From the IMG/VR virus record IMGVR_UViG_3300045141_000130, positions 9,358 to 73,357 of that record: a stretch of DNA of 64,000 bases. One strand, given 5' to 3'. Below the pieces are notes generated by a model that saw only the letters and a list, made by a program, of their open reading frames with translations, was not told where the DNA came from and did not search any database. Shown one piece after another: positions 41,227 through 49,280 of the stretch. The first letter of the stretch is position 1, and each line of letters opens with the position of its first letter. Source of the DNA: a virus. The position numbers and the translations under genes were made by a program.

Positions 41227-41850
41227 ATGTTCAAGTTCCACCGCAGCAACGGCAAGCACGTCGCCGCCGAGCACACCTGCCCGCTGGCCGTCACCCTCCC
41301 CACCGTCGGCCGCCACGTCGACGCCCGGACCACCGCGAAGTTCATCGTGGCCGGTGCCAAGGTGCAGGCCGAGGCGATCATCGCCGAGGGCAAGGCGCAG
41401 GCCGAGTCGGTCCTCAAGGCCGACGCGGAGTTGCGCGTCAAGCTGGCCCAGATGACCGCTGACGCCAAGGCCGAGGCTGACGCCAAGGCCAAGGCGCAGC
41501 GCGACGCCCAGAGGGCGGCGGACAACGCCATCGCCGACTGGCGCTACGAGGCAGCCCGCGCCGACCGCCGCGAGCGCAAGCACCAGGTGCGTCTTGCCAA
41601 GGCGCAGAACGCCACCGCGGCGATGAGGGCCGCTGCCGACGAGAAGATCGCGGCGTTCAACGCCCAGGCCGCGAGCGCGGCAGCCGCGAACGACACGATC
41701 GACCTGGCCTTCCAGGCGAGCGAGATCCAGATGCTTGCCGAGCAGGTTGCGAAGCTCGCTGGTGACCTGGCTGCCAAGCAGGTCGAGAAGGACCTCGCCG
41801 ACCTGGCGATCCAGCACCTGATCGACCGGACGGTCCCTGCGGCCGCCTGA
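41227..41850 (+). CDS. Ala-rich coiled-coil hypothetical protein (first early gene)
   Basis: ATG after GGAGAGGA. 207 aa, starts MFKFHRSNGKHV. Confidence 0.75.
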   Translation: MFKFHRSNGKHVAAEHTCPLAVTLPTVGRHVDARTTAKFIVAGAKVQAEAIIAEGKAQAESVLKADAELRVKLAQMTADAKAEADAKAKAQRDAQRAADNAIADWRYEAARADRRERKHQVRLAKAQNATAAMRAAADEKIAAFNAQAASAAAANDTIDLAFQASEIQMLAEQVAKLAGDLAAKQVEKDLADLAIQHLIDRTVPAAA

Positions 41851-41990
41851 GACTTGGCGTGGCACGGCACGGCTGGGCTTGGCCTGGCGTGGCGTGGCCG
41901 GGCAAGCCATGGCTTGGCAAGGCATGGTTTGGCTGGGTCCGGCCTGGCAAGGCACGGCGCGGCAAGGTAAGGGTCCCTCGCAAGGGGGAC
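41851..41990 (+). repeat. GGY-NN pentamer array 1 (24 units) plus GCAA-loop hairpin; putative guide RNA
   Basis: GACTT GGCGT GGCAC GGCAC GGCTG...GGTAA GG, then GTCCCTC-GCAA-GGGGGAC. Confidence 0.92.
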
Positions 41991-42115
41991 AAGTAGTACC
42001 CGCAATACAGCAGCCCCCCAGCATCCGTGCTGGGGGGCTGCTGGCGTTTTTCGGCGTATTACCCCCAGGCCAACCGGTCTGGGGTCCCTGCGTTTCTCCT
42101 GAGAGGAGAAAGCAG

Positions 42116-42484
42116 TTGAGCGACACCAGTGGTATCCAGCCCTTCTTCCAAGGCCTGGGGTCCTACCTCGGCGACTACGTCCGCCAGGCGACCGAAGCGT
42201 CCTCCTTCCACGTCGGTGACGGGGTGCGCTACCACGGCTCGAAGGTGGCCGACCACGGCTACTGGAGAGTCCAGGCCGTCCCCGGCAATGGGACGGTCGA
42301 GATCGGGCGGCGCGGGGAGCGCCGGTACCTGGTCGTTCGGCCGCAGTCGATCGACAACCTCCGCGACGAGGTCTGCCGACACTGCGACGCTGCCGAGGTC
42401 TGGCACTACGCGATGCGCGTCGACGACATCGTCGACGGGGATCTGCCGGTGCAGGACCTCTGCTACTCCTGCGAAAACAGGTAG
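42116..42484 (+). CDS. Hypothetical protein (SH3-like plus Zn ribbon)
   Basis: TTG start after GAGGAG. FHVGDGVRY, CRHC..CYSC. Confidence 0.6.
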   Translation: MSDTSGIQPFFQGLGSYLGDYVRQATEASSFHVGDGVRYHGSKVADHGYWRVQAVPGNGTVEIGRRGERRYLVVRPQSIDNLRDEVCRHCDAAEVWHYAMRVDDIVDGDLPVQDLCYSCENR

Positions 42485-42500
42485 CAAACAGCAGCAACGC

Positions 42501-42561
42501 TTCAAGCCCCCCGGCCGCTCGGCCGGGGGGTTCCTGCGTGTCTGGAAAGGACATGGCAATG
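42501..42561 (+). repeat. 61-bp hairpin+RBS leader repeat, copy 1
   Basis: 57/61 identical to 43028-43088. Confidence 0.85.
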
Positions 42562-43017
42562 AGCAACACCAAGAAGCACCGAGGAAGGTTCGCCTTCCTC
42601 CTGGCGGGCATCATCACGGCCCTGCTGATCGCGTCGGCGTTCAGCGTCGGGTGGGTGTCCAACGCGGCGCCCGACCCGGTGCTGAGGCCGCAGCCCGCCG
42701 TCACCGTGCTGACCCACACGGTGCCCACCACCGTGCCCACCACCGTGGTCCACACCCAGGTGGAGACGCAGACCAAGACGGTGACGCGGGTCAGCGCCTA
42801 CTGCGCGGCGGCCATCGCGGATGCCGACGGCATCCAGGCCGAGTGGCTGCAGGTCGCCACCGACATGGGCAACGCCACCTCCGACATGGTCTACGGGGGG
42901 GCGAACGCCGCCAGCAACAGCGAGGTCGAGTCGGCCACCGCGCTGTTGAAGAAGTTGAACGACACCGACATCCCGCAGTACACCGCCGACAAGATCAAGT
43001 GCCAGGCGGGCGAGTAG
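42559..43017 (+). CDS. Membrane-anchored/secreted protein
   Basis: N-terminal basic stretch plus TM helix, Thr/Val-rich stalk, two Cys. Confidence 0.72.
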   Translation: MSNTKKHRGRFAFLLAGIITALLIASAFSVGWVSNAAPDPVLRPQPAVTVLTHTVPTTVPTTVVHTQVETQTKTVTRVSAYCAAAIADADGIQAEWLQVATDMGNATSDMVYGGANAASNSEVESATALLKKLNDTDIPQYTADKIKCQAGE

Positions 43018-43027
43018 CACTCGCAGT

Positions 43028-43088
43028 TTCAAGCCCCCCGGCCGACCGGCCGGGGGGTTCCTGCGTGTCTGGAAAGGACACTGCAATG
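43028..43088 (+). repeat. 61-bp hairpin+RBS leader repeat, copy 2
   Basis: TTCAAGCCCCCCGGCCG-AC-CGGCCGGGGGGTTCCTGCGTGTCTGGAAAGGACACTGCAATG. Confidence 0.85.
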
Positions 43089-43661
43089 CCCACAGAAGTT
43101 CAGCAGTTGAAGGCCGAGCTTGATGCCCTGCGTCTCCGGGTCATCCGGCTTGAAAGCACCACCCGGGGTATGCAGCGCGGCATCACGGCGCTGAAGGCGG
43201 TCGACAAGCCCGACCTGTCGGTGGTCGACTCCCCGGACGTCGAGCACATGGTCAGCCGTCTCGCCGGTGACCTGGCGAAGCGCCTGGGGCTGACCGACAT
43301 CACCCTCACCCCGGAGCAGCGGGAGGCGGAGGTCCAGTCGCGCCGCGACATCGAGCTTCGCGGGCTGCGGGTCGTCAACGAGCAGCTGCTCGCCGAGAAT
43401 GCGAAGCTCCGCGGCGACATCGAGTACCTGCGCAACGAGGCGTCCAGGCTCCGCGGGCTGAAGCTCACCGCCGAGGACGCCCTGGCCAACGATCAGCATG
43501 TGATCGAGGCGCTGCGCAAGGAACTCCGGCAGTTGACGGCCGAGACGATGCGCAGGGTCAACGCCGACAGGCTCGTCACCGAGGCCCCGGTCCTGACCGA
43601 CCCGTGGGAGGGTCTGACCGACCGGCAGCCCCGCAGCCACGGCAAGCCGGTCCGCGGCTGA
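43086..43661 (+). CDS. Coiled-coil hypothetical protein
   Basis: Start MPTEVQQLK after GGAAAGGA. Confidence 0.7.
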   Translation: MPTEVQQLKAELDALRLRVIRLESTTRGMQRGITALKAVDKPDLSVVDSPDVEHMVSRLAGDLAKRLGLTDITLTPEQREAEVQSRRDIELRGLRVVNEQLLAENAKLRGDIEYLRNEASRLRGLKLTAEDALANDQHVIEALRKELRQLTAETMRRVNADRLVTEAPVLTDPWEGLTDRQPRSHGKPVRG

Positions 43662-43867
43662 TGAACCCCTACGAGCAGGTCAGCTTCCGCCTGGCCGTCG
43701 GCGACGTCGTCCACCTGTTCCTGCCCCAGTCGAAGCTGACCGGGGTGGTGGACAGGATCGAGCTTCGCCTCGGCGGGCTCGACTGGACCCGGATCCACGT
43801 ACGGGTCGACGCGGACGGCGTCACCCGCGAATACCCCGTCGGGATGGTCTTCCCGGCGGGCTGCTAG
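43661..43867 (+). CDS. Small SH3-like hypothetical protein
   Basis: MNPYEQ..LAVGDVVHL. TGATG coupling. Confidence 0.6.
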   Translation: MNPYEQVSFRLAVGDVVHLFLPQSKLTGVVDRIELRLGGLDWTRIHVRVDADGVTREYPVGMVFPAGC

Positions 43868-43881
43868 TCCGCAAAAAGCGG

Positions 43882-43913
43882 TACAATGGAGGAGTCGCGT
43901 TGCGGCGTGCCCA
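43882..43913 (+). promoter_or_regulatory. Second early-promoter-like element
   Basis: TACAAT followed by GCGTTGCGGCGTGCCCA, the same 17-mer as at 41090-41106. Confidence 0.6.
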
Positions 43914-43999
43914 CTTTCGGGCCGCTGCGGCGCGATTTCTCGTTTCACCCCCCGGCGACCGTCGGGGGTTTCTTCGTTTCTCGGGAAAGGGAAACAGCA

Positions 44000-44116
44000 A
44001 TGAACGTCCCAGCGCACCACCTCAGGACCGGCCTGATCGTCGCCGTGGTCATGGCGATCATCACCGCGATCTGGGCGGCCGTGTTCGGCCTCGGCCTGAA
44101 GGAGAAGCAGTCGTGA
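44000..44116 (+). CDS. Small membrane protein
   Basis: 38 aa with a TM helix, after GGAAAGGG. Confidence 0.55.
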   Translation: MNVPAHHLRTGLIVAVVMAIITAIWAAVFGLGLKEKQS

Positions 44117-44313
44117 TCAGGATCTTGGTCGTCCTCTTCATCATCTGGGTCTTCGGCGATAAGGACCGCCCCGCCGAGCGCAACAACGACTGACGCATTC
44201 GGCGGGGCCCGGTTTCGACCGGGCCCCTGCCGTGGGTGCCAGTCACACCCAAACGGCCCCCCAGCACTCCCGCTGGGGGGCTTACTTCGTTCCCACGAAA
44301 GGGGAACAGCACC

Positions 44314-44643
44314 ATGAGCAACGCATTCACGCAGTACTGCCAGGCCCTCGGCAAGGGTCTGGGCCAGGGCACCACGGCGACCTGGCGCCAGACGAACACC
44401 CTGGCCGGGTTCGCCCAGGTCGTCCTCACCCCGATGGCCATGCGCCCCGCGGTGCTGGTGGGCAACCTGGCCACCAACGTGGTGATCCACTCCACCACGG
44501 CGTTCAAGGAGACGGCAGCGGTCCGCAAGGCCGCGGCGCCCGTCGCCGCCCTGCCCCAGGCGGCTGCCGCAGCCGCTGGCGCCCAGGCCCAGCCTGGGGC
44601 GATCTTCATCGTCCCGCCGGTCAAGACGGCCAGCGGGTCCTGA
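44314..44643 (+). CDS. Hypothetical protein
   Basis: Start MSNAFTQY after GAAAGGGG. Confidence 0.65.
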   Translation: MSNAFTQYCQALGKGLGQGTTATWRQTNTLAGFAQVVLTPMAMRPAVLVGNLATNVVIHSTTAFKETAAVRKAAAPVAALPQAAAAAAGAQAQPGAIFIVPPVKTASGS

Positions 44644-44709
44644 AGTACCGCCGGGGGGCCGCCTGGCCCCCCGGCACCCTTCGTTCCCACAGAAAGGGGA
44701 ACTTGCACC

Positions 44710-45039
44710 ATGTCCACTCCATCAACACCCACCACCGGCCCGGTCACGCTCATCCCGGCCGGGTCCATCGAGTGGGGCGTCATCCAGCAGAACGCCAAGG
44801 ACGTCGTGGCGTTGCGCGCCGAGGTCGCCCTCCTCAAGGAGGCCAAGGAGATCCGCGACCGCCGCATCTCCTGGCTGGAGTCCACCCTCGGCGAGAAGAT
44901 CGCCGAGGTGGTCGCCCTGCGTCGGGAGGCCGCAGTGGCCGGGCTGTCGCTCGACCGCTACCGCGGGCTGATCGACAGCCTCGCCGCACTCAGCAAGGCG
45001 CAGTCCCCGGAGACGGCCGCACCCGCGGCTGCCTCCTGA
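44710..45039 (+). CDS. Coiled-coil hypothetical protein
   Basis: GAAAGGGG RBS, 109 aa. Confidence 0.65.
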   Translation: MSTPSTPTTGPVTLIPAGSIEWGVIQQNAKDVVALRAEVALLKEAKEIRDRRISWLESTLGEKIAEVVALRREAAVAGLSLDRYRGLIDSLAALSKAQSPETAAPAAAS

Positions 45040-45107
45040 TCGACACCGTGGGGCGGGGAGCGCATCCCCGCCCCACGGCCCCAACCCACCAACTCCAAGG
45101 AGGAGTG

Positions 45108-45461
45108 ATGCGCAACCCGTTCCGCAGCAAGGCTGTCGCGTTCGACCCCGAACCGTGGCGGCCCGGTGAACTGTTCACCGAGTACCGCGCCGTCGTCAGT
45201 TCGTTCGACGACGACAAGCAGTTCCCGATCGTCTCGGTGTTGGCCGCCAACGCCGAGCAGGCCCAGCAGGCGATCACCCACGCGGTGAACGCCAAGGCGC
45301 TGGAGATGGGTGTGAGCATGGACTACCTGCAGGTCCAGATGCTGGCCTCCCCGGAGGTCGTCCGGGTCTGGAACCAGGACATCAACACCCGGTCGTGGGG
45401 CGTGTTCGCCACGCCCGCCAACCACGCCGCCATCGAGGCCCCGAAGAGGAAGGCCTCCTGA
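45108..45461 (+). CDS. Hypothetical protein
   Basis: Start MRNPFRSK after AAGGAGGAG. Confidence 0.7.
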   Translation: MRNPFRSKAVAFDPEPWRPGELFTEYRAVVSSFDDDKQFPIVSVLAANAEQAQQAITHAVNAKALEMGVSMDYLQVQMLASPEVVRVWNQDINTRSWGVFATPANHAAIEAPKRKAS

Positions 45462-45916
45462 TGACGACCCCCCGGCGGAAGCTCCCCAAGATCAACCCCG
45501 CCATGGCGATCGCCGGGGGGATCGGCATGGGGGGACTTGCCCCGGTCCGCCCCCGCCGGTCCCTGGGGCGGGTCAAGGACGCGGCGTTCCAGCCCGTGGA
45601 GCGCAAGTACGTGGACGTGTCCGACAACCCGCAGTGGCTGGCCCTGGAACCCCAGCTAGACAGGGCACGCAAGGCCGTGGAGCGCTGGGAGGACAAGGAG
45701 GTCGACGCCAACACCGCCATGCGAGAGATCGCGGGCGACCAGGATGTCGAAGGCCTCCGGTTCCGCCTGTTCCACAGCCACCCGCAAGGTCCCGTCAACC
45801 TGGAACTGCTGGCCGCCCACTTCGGCGTCAGCATCGGGTTCCTCGACAGGTTCCGGGACCCGCGGCGGCACAGCGTCACCATCCAGCGCATCGTCGGGCG
45901 GAGGCGGAAGCGATGA
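45461..45916 (+). CDS. Hypothetical protein
   Basis: TGATG coupling, GAGGAAGG RBS. Confidence 0.6.
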   Translation: MTTPRRKLPKINPAMAIAGGIGMGGLAPVRPRRSLGRVKDAAFQPVERKYVDVSDNPQWLALEPQLDRARKAVERWEDKEVDANTAMREIAGDQDVEGLRFRLFHSHPQGPVNLELLAAHFGVSIGFLDRFRDPRRHSVTIQRIVGRRRKR

Positions 45917-46134
45917 CCGAGCACGTCTACACGGTCACCATCACCCACCTCACCCTGGAGGCGAAGGAGGCCGACGCGATGATGACGACGGCCATCGAGG
46001 CGCTGGGCGGCATGCTGTACGAGTACTCCGGGGGCCTGGCGGCGTACGAGGTGACCGGCTTTCGCCACGGCGACGGCGAGGTCATCGGGTACGTCCACGA
46101 CCCGGACGAGTTGGAAGATGAGGAGGGGACATGA
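45913..46134 (+). CDS. Hypothetical protein
   Basis: Start MTEHVY, ATGA overlap. Confidence 0.6.
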   Translation: MTEHVYTVTITHLTLEAKEADAMMTTAIEALGGMLYEYSGGLAAYEVTGFRHGDGEVIGYVHDPDELEDEEGT

Positions 46135-46469
46135 ACGCCGCCCCCGCTGCCGATACCGGCGGCCTGTGCTGGGAGCAGCTGCCCAGCGACCAGGCCGCCG
46201 CGCTCGTCCTCGTCGACCTGTACCGGGCGCACCTGTCCACCAGCGAGTCCAGCCGCCGCTACCGCATCGTGGTGGCGGCGTACAACCAGTGGCTGGGCGC
46301 CGTCAAGGTGATGGGCTTCGTCTGGCACCGCAGTCCCGACGACATCCGCGATGCGGTCATCGACACCGTGATGGCCGTCGGCCGGGCCTACCACAGCGAC
46401 GACAAGGCGCAGTGGCAGGACCGGGCGATGTACGGCGTGCTGGGAAAGCTGCACCTGCACGACGACTGA
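46131..46469 (+). CDS. Hypothetical protein
   Basis: GAGGAGGGG RBS, 112 aa. Confidence 0.65.
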   Translation: MNAAPAADTGGLCWEQLPSDQAAALVLVDLYRAHLSTSESSRRYRIVVAAYNQWLGAVKVMGFVWHRSPDDIRDAVIDTVMAVGRAYHSDDKAQWQDRAMYGVLGKLHLHDD

Positions 46470-46479
46470 CGCAGTCTCT

Positions 46480-46502
46480 GGCCCACCCTTCGGGGTGGGC
46501 CA
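46480..46502 (+). terminator. Hairpin, terminator candidate
   Basis: GGCCCACCC-TTCG-GGGTGGGCC with a T-run shortly downstream. Confidence 0.5.
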
Positions 46503-46619
46503 GGGGTCTGCGATTTTTTGCGTTTCCGGGGAAAAGATGATCTTGAACCCTCCGATTGGTGTCGGAGGGTCGATTCATGCTGTCCGGAACCACCGGCAGC
46601 ACCCGAAAGGAGGGCCGCT

Positions 46620-47975
46620 GTGACAACAGCGAGTCCCGAGCGCATCGGAAATGCGCACACCGCAGTAGCGCGAGGTGCCGAGTTCGGCGACATCCTCGCG
46701 TTGCTCAACAAGCAGCAGGCCAGGAAGGTCGACATCGTCATTCCTGGCAGCAAACTGCTCGTCCGGGACGGCATGCTCGTCGTCGCCGACGACGTCGTCG
46801 ACATGAGCGACGAAGGGGTGACCCGGGTCGGCGGCGAGTATTGGCCCACCACCTGGTTCGACGCCCACGTCGCCGAACGGTTGGACATTCCTGTTGCCTA
46901 TCTGCGCCGCCTGCGCAACGGCAGGGAGATCGTCGGCACCAGGGGTCGCAGCCGCACCCTCGGCCCGCGACTGGACCTGTACGACAGCAACGTCAACGGG
47001 TTGTTCCGCGGCAACGACGACGTCCCGCCGGACCTGCGGAACTTCTACGCCCGGCTGCTCGTCCCCGACGACCAGGACACCAACGGCATCGCCTACGCGC
47101 TGATGTCCTCCAAGTACTGGAGGCTGGACAACTACGACGCGATCATGGCCACCCTGTCCGGCATCCGCAAGGCCGGGATCGACCCGCTGTCGTTGCACAT
47201 CTACGGCGACCTGTCGGAGACGAAGCTGTACCTGCACGTCCACGCGCCGCAGGTGCTCACCGCCGCACCCGAACTGCTGCGCAACTACCGCAGCCCGTTC
47301 GACATCCAGGGCGAGGCAAGCAAACGCCAGGTTCCGGCCTACACGCTGGAGCAGAGGGTGGCCATGGGCCGCCAGTGGCGGGAGACCCACCGGCTGGACG
47401 AACACATCCAGCCCGGCTCCGAACCGCTCGTCCACTCCGGTTTCCTGATCACCAACTCGGAGATCGGGCAGGGCCGCTGGTCCATCCAGAAGGAGATCGT
47501 CTTCCTGGCGTGCACCAACGGGATGACCTTGACGGCGGGCCGTTTCGAGCGGCGGCACGTCGGCAGCGACCAGGAGGAGGGCCAGGTCGAATGGTCGGCG
47601 GAAACCCGTGACGCCGAGTTGCAGTGGATCGTCTCCTCGACCGCCGACATCGTGGCCGATGCGCTCAACCCGGAATCCCTGGAGAACACCGTCACCGCCC
47701 TGGAGCAGAAGGCGGGGCGCACCGTGGACGACCCGCGACGCACCATCGCGGTCGTCGCCCAGAAGCACCTGTTCAACAAGGACGAGGAGGAGGCGATCCT
47801 CCGCCACTTCGAGTTGGGTCAGGCCTTCACCAGTGCCGGTGTGGCGCAGGCCATCTCGTCCGTCGCCCAGATGTACGAGGACCCGGACCGGGCGCACAAG
47901 CTGACCGACGCCGCCATCCCCGCGATGGAACTCGTCCACTCCCTGAGAAGTACCGGGAGTCGGGCATCCCTCTGA
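46620..47975 (+). CDS. DUF932-family protein
   Basis: GTG after AAGGAGGG. AERLDIPVAYLRRL, ALMSSKYWRLDN, GFLITNSEIGQG, FLACTNGM, ERRHVG. Confidence 0.78.
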   Translation: MTTASPERIGNAHTAVARGAEFGDILALLNKQQARKVDIVIPGSKLLVRDGMLVVADDVVDMSDEGVTRVGGEYWPTTWFDAHVAERLDIPVAYLRRLRNGREIVGTRGRSRTLGPRLDLYDSNVNGLFRGNDDVPPDLRNFYARLLVPDDQDTNGIAYALMSSKYWRLDNYDAIMATLSGIRKAGIDPLSLHIYGDLSETKLYLHVHAPQVLTAAPELLRNYRSPFDIQGEASKRQVPAYTLEQRVAMGRQWRETHRLDEHIQPGSEPLVHSGFLITNSEIGQGRWSIQKEIVFLACTNGMTLTAGRFERRHVGSDQEEGQVEWSAETRDAELQWIVSSTADIVADALNPESLENTVTALEQKAGRTVDDPRRTIAVVAQKHLFNKDEEEAILRHFELGQAFTSAGVAQAISSVAQMYEDPDRAHKLTDAAIPAMELVHSLRSTGSRASL

Positions 47976-48356
47976 GACCTGGCAAGGCCGGGAGAGGCCG
48001 GGCGAGGCATGGCTAGCTTTGGCACGCAAGGGCGAGGCTTGGCTTGGCTAGGCGTGGCAAGGCGTGGCTAGGCGGGGAATGGCAAGGCGAGGTATGGAAT
48101 GCCGAGGCGGTGCATGGCCGGGCTAGGCCAGGTTCGGCGCGGTATGGCTCGGCAAGGCATGGCGAGGCTCGGTTGGGTCGGCCATGGCGAGGCAAGGCTA
48201 GGCGAGGCGCGGTGTGGCAAGGCGGGGTTCGGCAAGGTCAGGTTCGGCGTGCTCCGGTTTGGTATGGCCAGGTCGGGCTAGGCACGGTCGGGTCCGGTTC
48301 GGCGGGCCTGGGCATGGTATGGGCTCCCCGTAAGTCCCTCATTTGGGCCGGGGAGC
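47976..48356 (+). repeat. GGY-NN pentamer array 2 (69 units) plus UAAGU-bulged hairpin; putative guide RNA
   Basis: GACCT GGCAA GGCCG...GGCAT GGTAT GG in unbroken 5-nt register 47976-48320. Hairpin 48323-48356. Confidence 0.93.
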
Positions 48357-48391
48357 AAACAACAAATCCCTTGAGAGGAAAGGATTTTCGC

Positions 48392-48802
48392 ATGACAGGA
48401 GGACCATCAGACGGGGCGTACGAAGTCCTGAACACGATGCTTCACGACATGCTTCACAGCCCGGGGGCGCAGGCCACGTTCAACATGGACACGCCGATGG
48501 CGACACTCATCGACACGTTCGATCTGGCCTTGCCGCCGGACTCCGACGAGAACTTCACCTGCGATCTGTGCGACCAGGTACACCGGGAGGGCCTGGACCG
48601 CATCGTCACCGCATTCGAGCCTGGCGAGCCACCCACCGACGGCAGCCCCGGGTACGTCAAGATGATCGCCGCCGCGGGCAAGAGCCCCACAGATCTGGCC
48701 ATGGAGAAACTCGACCGACCGAGGGTGATCCTGGTCCTGTACTCGTGCCGCAACTGCTCGCTGGAGATCCAGCAGGGGATGGACCGCCAGGAAACCTTCT
48801 GA
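48392..48802 (+). CDS. Zn-binding hypothetical protein
   Basis: Start MTGGPSD after GAGGAAAGGA. CDLC...CRNC. Confidence 0.65.
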   Translation: MTGGPSDGAYEVLNTMLHDMLHSPGAQATFNMDTPMATLIDTFDLALPPDSDENFTCDLCDQVHREGLDRIVTAFEPGEPPTDGSPGYVKMIAAAGKSPTDLAMEKLDRPRVILVLYSCRNCSLEIQQGMDRQETF

Positions 48803-49226
48803 GACGTGCTGTGGCATGGCGTGACTCGGTGGGGCGAGGCGGGGCATGCTTTGGCGCGGCGAGGCGGGGCTAGGCGTGGCCAGGCACGGCGCGGTTCGGC
48901 TCGGCGGGGCGAGGCGAGACATGGCAGGCCAAGGCAGGGCACGGTGCGGTTCGGCTGGCCATGGCTTGGTGTTGGCACGGCTGGGCTCGGCAGGGAATGG
49001 CTAGGCCTGGTTTGGTGCGGCCGGGAGTGGCTCGGCTAGGCAAGGTCGGGTTAGGCGTGGCTCGGCGTGGCAAGCCTTGGCGCGGCGCGGTGTGATCAGG
49101 TTGGGTGTGCCGCGGTTTGGCTTGGTCGGGTTAGGCGCGGCGTGGCATGACTTGGCTCGGTGTGGCTCGGCATGGAAGGCCAGGGCACGGTTTGGGTTCT
49201 CCGTAAGTCCCTTCGGGCCGGAGAAC
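48803..49226 (+). repeat. GGY-NN pentamer array 3 (78 units, one 6-nt unit) plus UAAGU-bulged hairpin; putative guide RNA
   Basis: GACGT GCTGT GGCAT...GGCAC GGTTT GG. Hairpin GTTCTCCG...CGGAGAAC at 49196-49226. Confidence 0.93.
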
Positions 49227-49280
49227 AAAGGGGGATTGGGGGGGGCGTATACAACCTCGAAACTCTTTGGGAGAACAAGA

